Source: a virus (taxonomy: Duplodnaviria > Heunggongvirae > Uroviricota > Caudoviricetes). From it: a DNA stretch of 64,000 bases. Position 1 is the first letter of the stretch. Every line of letters starts with the position of its first letter. Shown piece after piece: positions 1 to 10,791 of the stretch. Below the pieces are notes generated by a model. The model made no database searches and had not been told where the DNA came from. It saw only the letters and a program-made list of their open reading frames with translations. Position numbers and translations under genes: made by a program. The stretch lies in IMG/VR virus record IMGVR_UViG_3300034157_000063. One strand, given 5' to 3'.

Positions 1-270
1 AACTAGATTATAACATTCATCGGATTGAAGAAGAACAGTTATCATCTATTAGTATTGATAATCAAGTCTTCAATAATGTTTCTCTTTTTGATGTTGTCTA
101 TTTGATTACTTCTGATACAGATCGTGTTCGATCTTTTACCTTATCTGATATTATTCAGACCTGTGGTTTTAGCTTTGATAGGCTGATTGGCAATAATATG
201 GAGCACTTCATGAACATTGAGAACATCTTTGATGAGGATGAACTGAAAGTCATTGAAATGGCTTATATCT
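1..270 (+). CDS. 3' end of a C-terminal 'xM-x-x-I' tail-family paralogue (partial, starts upstream of window)
   Basis: Reading frame into the window ends ...DELKVIEMAYI-TAA at 268-270, matching the family tail. Confidence 0.5.
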
Positions 271-276
271 AATCTA

Positions 277-1017
277 TTATCCAAATAAGTTGTCTATCTT
301 TTTGGCAAGATTTAATCTCATTTTTATGTTTTCATTGTATTCGCTTTTCATGAGTTCTTCTATTGAAAAATCATAAGCCTTTTCACGATCATTAAAGATA
401 TGATAACCTTCTGCTGGTGAGTAGTAATTGTCTGTAAATTTTAGATTTATCAGTTCTATATTGTCCACATTAAACGCTCTTATGTTAGTTTTTATGCTAA
501 TGTTGTTTTCATTATCGAAAAAAGGCGTCAAGGATTCTACATAAACAGTTTCAAGATTGATATTCGCTTTATTTCTTAAATCAACAATGTGGATGTAATC
601 ATGCACCTTCATTTCAGATTCATGTATATTAACCATCTTAGTTGTATCATAAATATAAATATCTTTTTTAAAGTAATCGTAGACTTTATTTAAATCTTGT
701 ATTCTGTCTTGATGGTATTTAATTTTATCTTTTTTGTCTTTATTTACAAGTGTTGATAAGAAACCTTTGCTCAATTGAGCTATTTCTTCACTGTGATAAT
801 CGACTAAATTTTTATGATCTTCTGTGATTAACGATTCAAATTCAGAAATAATATCGTTTATTAACCAAAATGAATTTTTATTACTGGATTGATGGCGTCC
901 AAACTTTTTCTCAATTTCAAAGATAATACCTTTTTCTATGCTGGCATGATATTTCACCACATAGTGAGAACCATATGCGTCAAATACGTCTGATAATTTA
1001 ACTTTTTTCATATTCAT
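277..1017 (-). CDS. hypothetical protein
   Basis: Track ORF 277..1041 starts on GTG. The in-frame ATG at 1017 is preceded by AAAGGA (SD). No family tail. Confidence 0.5.
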   Translation of the reverse strand: MNMKKVKLSDVFDAYGSHYVVKYHASIEKGIIFEIEKKFGRHQSSNKNSFWLINDIISEFESLITEDHKNLVDYHSEEIAQLSKGFLSTLVNKDKKDKIKYHQDRIQDLNKVYDYFKKDIYIYDTTKMVNIHESEMKVHDYIHIVDLRNKANINLETVYVESLTPFFDNENNISIKTNIRAFNVDNIELINLKFTDNYYSPAEGYHIFNDREKAYDFSIEELMKSEYNENIKMRLNLAKKIDNLFG

Positions 1018-1134
1018 GTTCAGTATCCTTTTATTAGGCACATGATAACAAATTAAAAAATAAAATCAACATTCCAATTGATTTATTAAGCAAAATAGTA
1101 TAATATACAGTGAATTATTGGGTGACCATTTTCT

Positions 1135-1905
1135 ATGAATACGATAAAACCTACCAACCTAGACGCAGAAATTGAATATCGTTATTTAGACACGCATGTT
1201 ATTAATGAAAATAATATGCATGAATACAAAGATAATTTCATTGAGATGTTGAAAGATTTTTCTCACATCATAAAATTTGAGTTTAAACGACCACAATTGA
1301 ATGACTTTCTATCATTAGTTGGATTTTCGTCTAAAGAAAACACGTTGAAATTTGATGACAACCAAGGATGTGAGATTGATTTAACTATTCTCGTTAATGG
1401 TGAAGTTGTACAAGATACCTATATCTTACAATGGGTTGAATTTACTAAGAATGATCGTCATGCTCACAGTTATTTTACATCTTACAATCTACAAGGTGTT
1501 GCTGTTTCTCGGACATTTAAATCAGCAAACAAAATATTGACAGGACTCACCCTTAAAACTATTCATTATATCATAGAACATGATACGCTTAAGATCGACC
1601 AAATTGGTTATTGTTTTAACGATAACAGAAAGTTACAAAAAGGGATTAATGGCTATGTAACAATGATCATTGAACATCCATTAAAAAGAATTGTTGAAAA
1701 TACTCAGTTATTTGACAATGTAAATGTCTATGATGTTTACTATACTGTACATGGGAAATCTAAAGAAATACGACTGATTGATATATTAACCCAGTGTGAT
1801 TTTAGTTGTGCTAGAATGTATGGCACTGATTACACTGATTTTCTTACTATGTCTAAAATGTTTACTAAAAGAGAGCGGGATATCATTGAGATGATGTATA
1901 TCTGA
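1135..1905 (+). CDS. tail-family paralogue (ends ...ERDIIEMMYI)
   Basis: 256-aa ORF. tAgTATAAT -10 at ~1096, SD GGGTGA. Shares the internal 'LQKGINGxV' motif with the next gene. Confidence 0.7.
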   Translation: MNTIKPTNLDAEIEYRYLDTHVINENNMHEYKDNFIEMLKDFSHIIKFEFKRPQLNDFLSLVGFSSKENTLKFDDNQGCEIDLTILVNGEVVQDTYILQWVEFTKNDRHAHSYFTSYNLQGVAVSRTFKSANKILTGLTLKTIHYIIEHDTLKIDQIGYCFNDNRKLQKGINGYVTMIIEHPLKRIVENTQLFDNVNVYDVYYTVHGKSKEIRLIDILTQCDFSCARMYGTDYTDFLTMSKMFTKRERDIIEMMYI

Positions 1906-1926
1906 ATACGATTTAGGGAGTGAAAT

Positions 1927-2706
1927 ATGCCAAAAGCTACTGAAGAAGATTACTTGTCTAGAATTGAATTTCATTATGTTGATCATTATTTAATTAATAA
2001 AGAAAACAGTGAAGCATATAAACCTCTGTTTATGAATATTGTTGAAAGTTCAAATTATTGCTTGCAGTTTGACTTGGACACCGATGAACTCAATCAATTT
2101 TTTAATGATATTGGGTTTGAAGTCAATGAAATTATTTATAGATACAGTAATAACAAAGGATGTGTGATTGAACTTGCGTCTGCAGTTGTTGATAAAAAAG
2201 AGCAATCTTATTTTGTAATAACTAACGCAGCCTTTGAAAAAGGAAGCGAATATTCTTTGTCATATACCATCAATTTTAGTTCATCTGGCTTACCACGGAT
2301 GATTAAATTTGCTAAACCTAAAAGATTATTAAAAGATCTTTATTTAAAAAGCATGTCATATGAAATTGATTCTACTACGTTTAAAATCGATCAAGTTTGG
2401 TACTTCTTGGAAGATTGCAGACCTCTTCAAAAAGGTATTAATGGTACCGTTCCTATAGTGGTTGAACGCCCCGTTAAAAGCATACTTCAAGAAGATGGAA
2501 CCACTTTACACGATATTAATATTTATGATGTCCATTACTTTGTGTTTAAGTCAGGTGAGCTGGAATCTATTTTACTGAGTGATATTCTTAACACATGTGA
2601 GATCAGTGTGACCAAAATGTATGGTAGTAGTTTTACTCATTTTTTAAGAACAAATAAGATGTTTAATAAAAGAGAGCTTGAACTTATCAGAATGTCTTAT
2701 ATTTGA
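1927..2706 (+). CDS. tail-family paralogue (ends ...ELELIRMSYI)
   Basis: 259 aa. SD AGGGAG. Tandem paralogue of 1135..1905. Confidence 0.7.
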   Translation: MPKATEEDYLSRIEFHYVDHYLINKENSEAYKPLFMNIVESSNYCLQFDLDTDELNQFFNDIGFEVNEIIYRYSNNKGCVIELASAVVDKKEQSYFVITNAAFEKGSEYSLSYTINFSSSGLPRMIKFAKPKRLLKDLYLKSMSYEIDSTTFKIDQVWYFLEDCRPLQKGINGTVPIVVERPVKSILQEDGTTLHDINIYDVHYFVFKSGELESILLSDILNTCEISVTKMYGSSFTHFLRTNKMFNKRELELIRMSYI

Positions 2707-2710
2707 ATAC

Positions 2711-2743
2711 AAAAAACCACATACTGTGATGTGGTTTATTCTT
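2711..2743. terminator. bidirectional rho-independent terminator
   Basis: AAACCACAT-ACTGTG-ATGTGGTTT hairpin flanked by A-run and T-run, between convergent genes. Confidence 0.6.
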
Positions 2744-2760
2744 TAAATGTTAAATCATCA

Positions 2761-3207
2761 TTACATTTTATGTTTTGTGATTTTTGGTGCCGGAGATTCT
2801 ACTTTTGGTGTATGAACATCTTGGTATTTTTTCGCTGCTGGGTAAATATCGCTTAAATCAGTTTCTCCAAGAAAATCATCTTTGAAAGCTTGTGAATAGA
2901 AATAACGATCAATATCTTCGTTGTAATACAATTCATAGTTGCAAATATGTTTTTCAACAAGATCATAGAACTTATCAGGATTATCAATCTTTTCAGTCAA
3001 TAAAGAAGTTTTTAATTCTTTGACGAACTCATCAAAGGCTTCATCACCTTTTTCAAAGGGAGCAAAGTCATCTGCTGACATTGTATCATGTCCCCATGCT
3101 GACCAGACTCTTGTGCAAGAATATATGTTACCAAATGCTTTTCCTATTTCTTTATCCAATGTTTCATTGGTTTCAAGTTTTGCTTTAATGTCTTCTAATA
3201 CACTCAT
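2761..3207 (-). CDS. hypothetical protein
   Basis: Track ORF 2761..3267. The ATG at 3207 has an AAAGGTTG SD 7 nt upstream. Confidence 0.5.
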   Translation of the reverse strand: MSVLEDIKAKLETNETLDKEIGKAFGNIYSCTRVWSAWGHDTMSADDFAPFEKGDEAFDEFVKELKTSLLTEKIDNPDKFYDLVEKHICNYELYYNEDIDRYFYSQAFKDDFLGETDLSDIYPAAKKYQDVHTPKVESPAPKITKHKM

Positions 3208-3329
3208 TTTTGCAACCTTTTTTGTTTGATTATTTCTTATTATAGCATTTATTTCTAAAAAAAACATTGCGATTTTTATATTCTTTTGTTAATATCTTTA
3301 TACAAAATATGCAATAAGTAGAGGTCAAT

Positions 3330-3764
3330 ATGAAAAATACATCAGCAGAATGGGTAAATTTAATTCGTTACAGGCTACAATGTGAAAAAGATGGTTATCC
3401 AGAGAATTATCTTGCCATTGTTGTTAATGCTATGAATGATGAATGTATAGATCCTCAAAACCCTCTCATTTTTATGGACAACGTAGGCCATGTGCTTACC
3501 ATTAAATACCTTAATACGTTAACCATTAAAGCGATTAATAAGTTGTTTACTGATTATGGTTTTGCCGATGACATTAAATACTTTTTAACCCTGACTGAGC
3601 CGATGGCTTTGCAGTATACAGAGGATTATCGTATTAACTATCAGCAATACAGTGTCTTTAAAACGCTGTTGAGTTTTCAAGCAATTGAAAGCATTTCAAA
3701 TATTGATAAAAAAAGATTTATTTTAACATTAAAAAGAAGCAAAAATAGTGATGATGTGTTATAA
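3330..3764 (+). CDS. hypothetical protein
   Basis: 144-aa ORF, SD AGAGGT. Confidence 0.55.
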   Translation: MKNTSAEWVNLIRYRLQCEKDGYPENYLAIVVNAMNDECIDPQNPLIFMDNVGHVLTIKYLNTLTIKAINKLFTDYGFADDIKYFLTLTEPMALQYTEDYRINYQQYSVFKTLLSFQAIESISNIDKKRFILTLKRSKNSDDVL

Positions 3765-3791
3765 TACCTATCTACTTTACGGAGAGTTCTA

Positions 3792-4385
3792 ATGATTTAT
3801 CTATTTAAGCGAGCCAGCAGTGATTTCAAACGAGTGTTAATGACCCTTGGCTACGAAATTGCTCAAGCTAAAAATGAATATGAAATGAAAAATCATATGT
3901 TGGAATACTTTTCTGAATCGTGTCTGGGTTTGGATGATATTAAACGTGATGAAGAAGTTAGATTTAAACTCAATGAAGTTTTCATGGCTCTTACTGATGG
4001 TGAAATTGATCGAGTAAAGTCTCATATTGAACGTCTTGAACCTGTTGTTAAAGCAATGATTCCCAATAGCCTGCTTGAACTCGTTGGCCTTTATTTTGAG
4101 GGAAAGAAAGTATTTAACTATTCAAACCTTGAGTTAAACGAACATGCTGAATATGCTCGACTGATTTCAATAATTTCGCACCATTATCGTGAAGATGAGA
4201 TTGATAAAGCTGAGTATTTTGAGAAAAGATTGTACGAACTGGTCAGAGTTAGCGAACTTAGTGTGGCGGTTGACAACAAAATGCCTGATGATGAACTTCT
4301 TGATATTTGTGCTGAATACCTTAAAAAGTGTAAAGACCCAGAAGCCAAAATGATTGCTTTTCTTATCAACCAAGCCAAAGCTTAA
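3792..4385 (+). CDS. hypothetical protein
   Basis: 197-aa ORF, SD GGAGAG. Confidence 0.55.
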   Translation: MIYLFKRASSDFKRVLMTLGYEIAQAKNEYEMKNHMLEYFSESCLGLDDIKRDEEVRFKLNEVFMALTDGEIDRVKSHIERLEPVVKAMIPNSLLELVGLYFEGKKVFNYSNLELNEHAEYARLISIISHHYREDEIDKAEYFEKRLYELVRVSELSVAVDNKMPDDELLDICAEYLKKCKDPEAKMIAFLINQAKA

Positions 4386-4399
4386 TTAGAGGATTACTT

Positions 4400-5671
4400 A
4401 TGATGCGAAATATTGATTTGCCTAAATTCGCTGGCTCTATTTCTGTGGTCTTGCAAGACATGTTTCTTGCAGGTCTTAAAAATGGTGACTTTAAAAAGTT
4501 ATCTGAGATCAAGAACTATAATAATAAAACAGAAACTACCTTGATTACATCACAACCTTATGATGGTTTTCAGTATATTTTTAAACTTGATGAACTTTTC
4601 AGTGTGTATCGTATTGCAAAAGAAAAAGTTGCTGAAAATATGGATTACCAACGAGAACATATCATGACCGCTCTGTTAACCAGTCCAAAAGAATGGGAAC
4701 GAATGAAGAAGGATGGTTCATTTAGCATGATGGCATCTTATCAATTTCATGTGTCTAGTATTTCATTGTTAAAAAAAATGATGATTGACCTTAATCTTAA
4801 TCATTTTGACGATAAATATCATTATTTTGAAGAAGACATGGCCCTTTATAATTTTGGTTTCAAAAGTGATATTGCTGTTATTTTTGACGCTTCAACTGAT
4901 TATGAAAGTGAATTTGAAATGGGGAGTGATTGTTTTCATAAACATCAAATAGGTTCAAAAGAAATAGTTTCATACACCAGTACATCGGCGTGTGTGACTA
5001 AATTCATTCTGTATGAACGTGATGTTGAGACTGGCACTATTCGTGTTTTCGAAGAGCTTGAAGAAAATGTGGATGATGAGAAATTTCCTCACGATACAAT
5101 TGTTATTGGTGAATATCCAGAAATTGTAAAACATTACATTGAGAACGCTGAACCTTGTGTTGTCATTGAAAATGGTGTTTTTATTAAAAATGAAAACCCC
5201 TATGTTATTCTTACGTCTTCTTTTATTGGAGAGAGCTTGGCACAAGAGTTCTCAATTGAGAAAACTAAACCTTATGATGTCACCCGTTTGGCATCTGTCA
5301 TGGACTATATGACTTATGACAACATTAATTTGTTGTATACTTATGGCATGTGGTCAAGTGATTGTAAATGGAAGAAGAACGCTGCTGGTAAATACTATAT
5401 TGCTTTTGATGAAGATCTTCTTAGCACCTATAAACGTAACACACCAATGGCACATGGCAGCACAGACTATGGATATATCAGTCTATACAGTTATAAAAGC
5501 CCTATGTATAAACTACCAGAAACAGGTGAAATTGAACCTGAATGGTTGGATTTGGTGGTAAAATCCTATACATTTGTATCGAAATATCACAAGAAACTGC
5601 CAGTGTGTGAGGTCAAAGAAAAAGACATTCAACAAGTAGCAGAAAAACTATTGGCAAGAAATTGCATTTAA
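4400..5671 (+). CDS. hypothetical protein (423 aa)
   Basis: Long ORF, SD AGAGGA, followed by tandem terminators. Confidence 0.6.
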   Translation: MMRNIDLPKFAGSISVVLQDMFLAGLKNGDFKKLSEIKNYNNKTETTLITSQPYDGFQYIFKLDELFSVYRIAKEKVAENMDYQREHIMTALLTSPKEWERMKKDGSFSMMASYQFHVSSISLLKKMMIDLNLNHFDDKYHYFEEDMALYNFGFKSDIAVIFDASTDYESEFEMGSDCFHKHQIGSKEIVSYTSTSACVTKFILYERDVETGTIRVFEELEENVDDEKFPHDTIVIGEYPEIVKHYIENAEPCVVIENGVFIKNENPYVILTSSFIGESLAQEFSIEKTKPYDVTRLASVMDYMTYDNINLLYTYGMWSSDCKWKKNAAGKYYIAFDEDLLSTYKRNTPMAHGSTDYGYISLYSYKSPMYKLPETGEIEPEWLDLVVKSYTFVSKYHKKLPVCEVKEKDIQQVAEKLLARNCI

Positions 5672-5676
5672 ATTAG

Positions 5677-5702
5677 AAGGCTAATTGATTAGCCTTTTTT
5701 AT
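5677..5702 (+). terminator. rho-independent terminator (a second hairpin follows at 5707-5746)
   Basis: AAGGCTAAT-TGA-TTAGCCTT followed by a T-run. Confidence 0.6.
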
Positions 5703-5787
5703 TGTCTAAAAAGTCATTTTTTTTCAAATAAAAGATGACTTTTTTCATTTATTTTGATACAATATTTAAAATTTTAGAGGGCTAGTT

Positions 5788-6606
5788 ATGATTGAACTGA
5801 TGGCTAAACATTATAAATCTGGTTTTGATGATCAAGACATTAAACCTTTCATGAAATCATGCCTGAAAATGGTGGATAATGGTTTAGTGCTTCATAACTT
5901 ACCCAAAGTAACGAGAGATGGCATTGATTTTCAACTTGGATTTAATAAGGCATACACTGCTTTAATTAATAACATGGAGTATGAAGCCCCCTTCAGTCAA
6001 GAACAAATGTTCGAAATTTGCACTAATCTCTTCACAGTAATGTTTGATTATCGACTATTCACATCAGGTACTGGGTTTGAAAGCCGTTTTAAGACACCCC
6101 AACGGATGAGCAGCAAGCTATCCAGCTTCTGGTATGATAAACGATTTAATCGAATGACTGTGCCCGCTGAAATCTATGACGACCACGGCGATTATCGTAC
6201 AAACAGCACTATTCCAGTGTCGTTGACCTATGATATTATTTTTAATGAATACATTGCAGGCATTCAACATACGTTTCATACTCCAACCAAATTCAGTTCA
6301 GTAATGATGGGCCAGAAGAACCATCAAGAATTGATTATTAATTTTAGAAAACTGGCTAACGTTTTTTATTACAATGTAAAAATTATTAGTCTTGATGATA
6401 CAGATAAAGAAAAGATTCTTTTTACAACGTCTAAAACATTTGAAAAATTCGATGACTTCTTAACAGAGTTGACGTATGTGATTAAACGTGAACTGTTTAA
6501 CATTAACTATAAAGCTCGTTTTGAAGCATTCACTGGAACCACCATTGATTTTGAGAGCTTTGATGTAGACTCAATCAACACGCTTTTCGATATGATGAAA
6601 ATTTAA
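5788..6606 (+). CDS. tail-family paralogue (ends ...NTLFDMMKI)
   Basis: 272 aa, SD AGAGGG. Confidence 0.6.
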   Translation: MIELMAKHYKSGFDDQDIKPFMKSCLKMVDNGLVLHNLPKVTRDGIDFQLGFNKAYTALINNMEYEAPFSQEQMFEICTNLFTVMFDYRLFTSGTGFESRFKTPQRMSSKLSSFWYDKRFNRMTVPAEIYDDHGDYRTNSTIPVSLTYDIIFNEYIAGIQHTFHTPTKFSSVMMGQKNHQELIINFRKLANVFYYNVKIISLDDTDKEKILFTTSKTFEKFDDFLTELTYVIKRELFNINYKARFEAFTGTTIDFESFDVDSINTLFDMMKI

Positions 6607-6691
6607 CAAAAAATCACCTTAGAAGCCTTAATTTACTTGATCTAGACCATTTAAAATGGTATAATATATGAAATCAAACGGAGCTTAATAC

Positions 6692-8566
6692 ATGAATATC
6701 AATGACATCAAATACCCAACAACCGAAGCTGCTTTCATTGAGCTGCTTGAAGATTACAATGATTGCTACCGCAAATCGTTGCCAAAGACTGCCTTGTTTG
6801 GTCTTGATCCAATTGCCGATGAAAATTATGACGCTGTTGTTGAAGATTTTCGTGCTAAATTCCCTGAATCAACATGGTTTGATGAAATTGAATTGGAAGA
6901 AGTGGGCGAGAACGCTATTACTCACTCTTCACCAATGCTTTCAACCGAAAAATTTTACACTTCCGAAGCCTTGGCAAAGTGGTTTAAGCGTGTTGAAGAC
7001 GTAGCTCACGATCTTCATCTTAAAGCCATGTATAAAGTCACTTGCAAACTTGATGGTTTTGCCGGTTGCCATGAAACAGAGAAATTGTCTACTCGTGGTG
7101 ATGGTATTCGTGGTAACGATATTACTTACATCTACGATAAAGGCGTTATTCGTAAAGAAAATGCCGAAGGTCGTGGTGAATTGGTGATTGATAAAACTTA
7201 TTTCGCTGAGAACTTGGCTACAATGTTCCCACATCCACGAAACATGATGAGCAGTGTATTGTCTCAGGAAGACACTCGCCCTGAAACTCAGAAGGCTTTG
7301 GATGACGGTGCTATTCACTTTGTGCCTTACACTACTTTGCAGGCTTATGTTGGCACGGCTGATGACATTCTTGCTAACCTTGAACAAATCAACAACGATT
7401 TGCGTGCTGCGATTCCTTACTTGATTGATGGCTTCGTGATTGAATCCATTGTTCCAGAAATCAAAGAATACATGGGCTACAACAACCATCACAACAAATG
7501 GCAGTGTGCGTTTAAAGAACGTGGTGAAACTGCACAGACTACCGTGCTTGATGTTAAACTTCAAGTAGGTCGCACTGGCACTATCACTCCTGTTCTCGCT
7601 GTGGCTCCTGTTCTTGTGTCGGGTGCAACGATTAGTAATGTAACCGCTCACCACATGAACAACGTTCGCACAAACAAAATGGGTGTTGGTGCTGTGATTG
7701 AAATCATTCGTAGTGGTGAAGTAATCCCTAAAATTGAAAAGGTAATTACCCAAGCTGAATACGAAGTTCCAACGAACTGCCCTTGCTGTGACACTGTGCT
7801 TGAATGGGAAAGTCACTTCCTTTTCTGCCCGAACCATTCCGGTTGCTCGGAACAAATTAGCCAGACCTTGTTGCACTTCTTCGCAACTTTGGCTAACAAT
7901 GATGGTTTTGGTGGTAAAACAGTCGCTAAGTTGGTTGAAGCAGGTTTCGACACCTTGGAAAAGATTTACGCCATGAAAGAGCAAGATTTCTTGACTGCTG
8001 GTTTTGGTAAAGGTGAAAGCCCTAACTTGGTCGCCGCTCTTGAAACCAGTAAATCAAGTCAAATTGAAGACTGGCGTTTCCTTGCAGCCTTCGGTATTTC
8101 AAGTCTTGGTAAAGGTGACTCTAAAAAGTTGCTTAAAGTCTTCAATATCGACGCATTGCATGAAGTCGAAGAAGGTAAATTGATTAAGATGAAAGGTTAC
8201 GGCAAAGTGAACAGCGTTATCATTCCAGCCGGTATTCAAGAAAAACTTGAATTGATTAACACCTTGCGTCCTTTGTTCAACCTTGAATTGTCTTCACAAG
8301 CAGTTGTTGACAACGATAGTCCATTCTCTGGTAAGAACGTGGTGGTAACTGGCACAATGGTTAGCTACTCACGTAAAGAGATTGAAGCGTTCTTCACATC
8401 GAAAGGTGCGAAGATCCAAAGCAAAGCAAGCAAGACAACACAAATTCTTGTTTACGGTGAAAGTGCTGGTAGTAAACTTGCTGACGCCCAAGCCTTGAAA
8501 GCGAAAGGTGTTGATATTGAAATCTTGACCGAAGCTGAATTTGTTGAAAAATACATTTCAGTTTAA
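6692..8566 (+). CDS. ligA: NAD-dependent DNA ligase
   Basis: Adenylation motif KLDG...TRGDG, 'HSSPMLS', C4 zinc finger CPCCD...CPNHSGC, HhH region and a C-terminal BRCT-like domain. TGgTATAAT promoter at ~6657, SD ACGGAG. Confidence 0.9.
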   Translation: MNINDIKYPTTEAAFIELLEDYNDCYRKSLPKTALFGLDPIADENYDAVVEDFRAKFPESTWFDEIELEEVGENAITHSSPMLSTEKFYTSEALAKWFKRVEDVAHDLHLKAMYKVTCKLDGFAGCHETEKLSTRGDGIRGNDITYIYDKGVIRKENAEGRGELVIDKTYFAENLATMFPHPRNMMSSVLSQEDTRPETQKALDDGAIHFVPYTTLQAYVGTADDILANLEQINNDLRAAIPYLIDGFVIESIVPEIKEYMGYNNHHNKWQCAFKERGETAQTTVLDVKLQVGRTGTITPVLAVAPVLVSGATISNVTAHHMNNVRTNKMGVGAVIEIIRSGEVIPKIEKVITQAEYEVPTNCPCCDTVLEWESHFLFCPNHSGCSEQISQTLLHFFATLANNDGFGGKTVAKLVEAGFDTLEKIYAMKEQDFLTAGFGKGESPNLVAALETSKSSQIEDWRFLAAFGISSLGKGDSKKLLKVFNIDALHEVEEGKLIKMKGYGKVNSVIIPAGIQEKLELINTLRPLFNLELSSQAVVDNDSPFSGKNVVVTGTMVSYSRKEIEAFFTSKGAKIQSKASKTTQILVYGESAGSKLADAQALKAKGVDIEILTEAEFVEKYISV

Positions 8567-8584
8567 TTCAAATAGCTAGCAGAT

Positions 8585-8607
8585 AAAGCCTCTTCGGAGG
8601 CTTTTTT
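8585..8607 (+). terminator. rho-independent terminator
   Basis: AAGCCTC-TTCG-GAGGCTT followed by TTTTTT. Confidence 0.65.
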
Positions 8608-8659
8608 GTTGCTTATACATTTGAGACATGCTATAATCGGCCTATTATTGGGAGATGTT

Positions 8660-9523
8660 ATGCAATCTATTACAAACAGTCTACGGCCAGAAGAAATGGT
8701 TGCTAATCACATGCATCAAGCACTCAGTGCCCATGTAGCTATCAACATGCCATCAGAAGGCGGAAGTGTTCCCGGCACTTTTGGACAGTTTGAATTTAAA
8801 ATCACTGATACAGACAGTCACTTTAATGTTTTTATTCATAAAAATCGTGCAATCTTTAAAGTCGATCACTTTGTAAAAGAAGATCGTAATGAGTTTGAAC
8901 ACACTTTCTGCAAAGCCTTTAACATCAAAAGAGAAACTGTTGATAATGTGTTAAAAGCCTATCTTGACGTTGCTAAAAAAATGTCTTCATCTGGCATATT
9001 GTCTATTGTTAAAAATGATTTTGAACAAGTAGCTGCAAATCCAGTGGCTTATATTTCGTTTAAATCTAAATATGCCCAAGATGATGTATGTTGCCGGTGT
9101 AATATTGCCCAATTAAAATTCAATCAGGCTTATAAAAAAAATAAACGATACAGCCATATAAAGGTTTCTTTGATTAAAAGTCAACTTCATTTTTATATTG
9201 ATCAACACAACAACCTTAAACCCATATTTATTGTAGATACTTGGTTTGACCAAGACTATGCTGCCAGTTTTATTGTAGATGTTTACGCTGATCAAGTGTA
9301 TACCACTCGCCAAGTGTTTGCTGCTCGTTCTTATGAAGACCTTATTTCCATGTCTCGACCTGTCAACAAAGAACAATTGCCTGAACTTATGGAAGCCCAA
9401 TTTATTAGTAGGCTTCTGCCTGTCATCAAGAAACGTTATGGTTTGAAAAAAGACCAGATTGATTTAACTAATACTGAAATGCGAGATCGTTATCTTGCTT
9501 TATTGATGATGGAGTCCATATGA
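8660..9523 (+). CDS. tail-family paralogue (ends ...LALLMMESI)
   Basis: Track ORF begins at 8606, but TGcTATAAT (-10) lies at ~8627. The ATG at 8660 has a GGGAGA SD. Confidence 0.6.
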   Translation: MQSITNSLRPEEMVANHMHQALSAHVAINMPSEGGSVPGTFGQFEFKITDTDSHFNVFIHKNRAIFKVDHFVKEDRNEFEHTFCKAFNIKRETVDNVLKAYLDVAKKMSSSGILSIVKNDFEQVAANPVAYISFKSKYAQDDVCCRCNIAQLKFNQAYKKNKRYSHIKVSLIKSQLHFYIDQHNNLKPIFIVDTWFDQDYAASFIVDVYADQVYTTRQVFAARSYEDLISMSRPVNKEQLPELMEAQFISRLLPVIKKRYGLKKDQIDLTNTEMRDRYLALLMMESI

Positions 9524-10143
9524 GCGAAGATTTTTATGCATTTAAAAAAGACTACACTAAAATCTCAGGTGAATATACGGTTGATGATATTAGAAAATTC
9601 ATATCGAATATTACGTTTACAGATGGTGATAAAGTGCATTCAACGGATGAAGTGATGGATAACGTTATCTCCTATAACAATTACTGTACATACAGTGAAA
9701 TTTCTGTTGATTGCTTCACTATTTTTTGGAGATTTGAAAGTTGTGAACGTAAACTAACTCAATTAGCATCTGCTCATTGCCCACAGAATCCTGATGGTGA
9801 TATATATTTTCCTATCCTAGATAAAATATATGCAATTGCCAACAGTCTTCATGTTCAAGATGACCCATTCGATGATTATGAAGAGGCTTTTTATTTTGAT
9901 CAAAATGGATTACTTAAAGTGGCGAGAACACTTAGATTAGTTGATCCTTCTGATGAAAACGATGATGGTGTTGAAATTATTATGTATGAAGGCATGGATG
10001 AATCACTTTATGATGATATGATTAATGATTTTTTTTATCGGGCCTATATTCGTTATATGTGTGATTTGCCTGATGATCTTAGAAAGCCTATTACTAAGAT
10101 GACCGCCGATGAATACCAAGTATTTTTAATGTATATTATTTAA
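9520..10143 (+). CDS. tail-family paralogue (ends ...EYQVFLMYII)
   Basis: 207 aa. ATGA overlap with the upstream stop. Confidence 0.6.
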   Translation: MSEDFYAFKKDYTKISGEYTVDDIRKFISNITFTDGDKVHSTDEVMDNVISYNNYCTYSEISVDCFTIFWRFESCERKLTQLASAHCPQNPDGDIYFPILDKIYAIANSLHVQDDPFDDYEEAFYFDQNGLLKVARTLRLVDPSDENDDGVEIIMYEGMDESLYDDMINDFFYRAYIRYMCDLPDDLRKPITKMTADEYQVFLMYII

Positions 10144-10158
10144 TTTTAGGATTTTTTT

Positions 10159-10725
10159 ATGACTATTGAAACTTATAAATTTACTGACGATACTGTCTTT
10201 GAAGCTCTTCAAACTTTTTGTTTGATTAATTCTATCAAAAAGGAAGAGTTCTGTGCAGCACTTCCAGAGATTATGACTCGTGAAATTATTTTTGATAATC
10301 AAACTATTTCGATGGGGCATTGTTTCAAAATAAAATGGAACCATCCGTTTTGTGAGCCGTTGTCTAATTATTTAGAACACCGTTATACATTTGAGAGCCG
10401 ACTCGAAAAAGCACTGACTTGTTATGATGACGTTTTTAATAATCATCCAAGAAAAGACTGTTATTATGTTAATGGACATTATGCTTTTGATATGGATGAA
10501 AGACTGAGAAAAGTTTATTCATTTGATTTTACTGAAGCTGATACAGGGCATGATTATATGAGGCTTCTTGAATTCGATGACAGTGATTTAGTCTCATTGG
10601 AAACTAGAATTTTTGATTACTATTTTCATTATTTTGGCAACTCCAACACACCAGAAGAGTTAAAAAGACCATTAAGTCAATTATCAAAAGAAGAAATATC
10701 GTTACTTCAAATGATTCATATCTAG
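10159..10725 (+). CDS. tail-family paralogue (ends ...EISLLQMIHI)
   Basis: 188 aa. Confidence 0.6.
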   Translation: MTIETYKFTDDTVFEALQTFCLINSIKKEEFCAALPEIMTREIIFDNQTISMGHCFKIKWNHPFCEPLSNYLEHRYTFESRLEKALTCYDDVFNNHPRKDCYYVNGHYAFDMDERLRKVYSFDFTEADTGHDYMRLLEFDDSDLVSLETRIFDYYFHYFGNSNTPEELKRPLSQLSKEEISLLQMIHI

Positions 10726-10791
10726 CTAGATTGTGTGGATTTTTTGTTATTACAATGCTATAATAGCTCATCTATTTTAAAGGTGTTATTG

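Noticed and set aside
6941-7984. 347-aa ORF antisense to ligA (and a 100-aa sense-strand ORF at 6702..7004 in another frame)
   Set aside because: It lies entirely inside the confidently identified ligA and has no SD or promoter. It is the common long antisense frame of a conserved gene.
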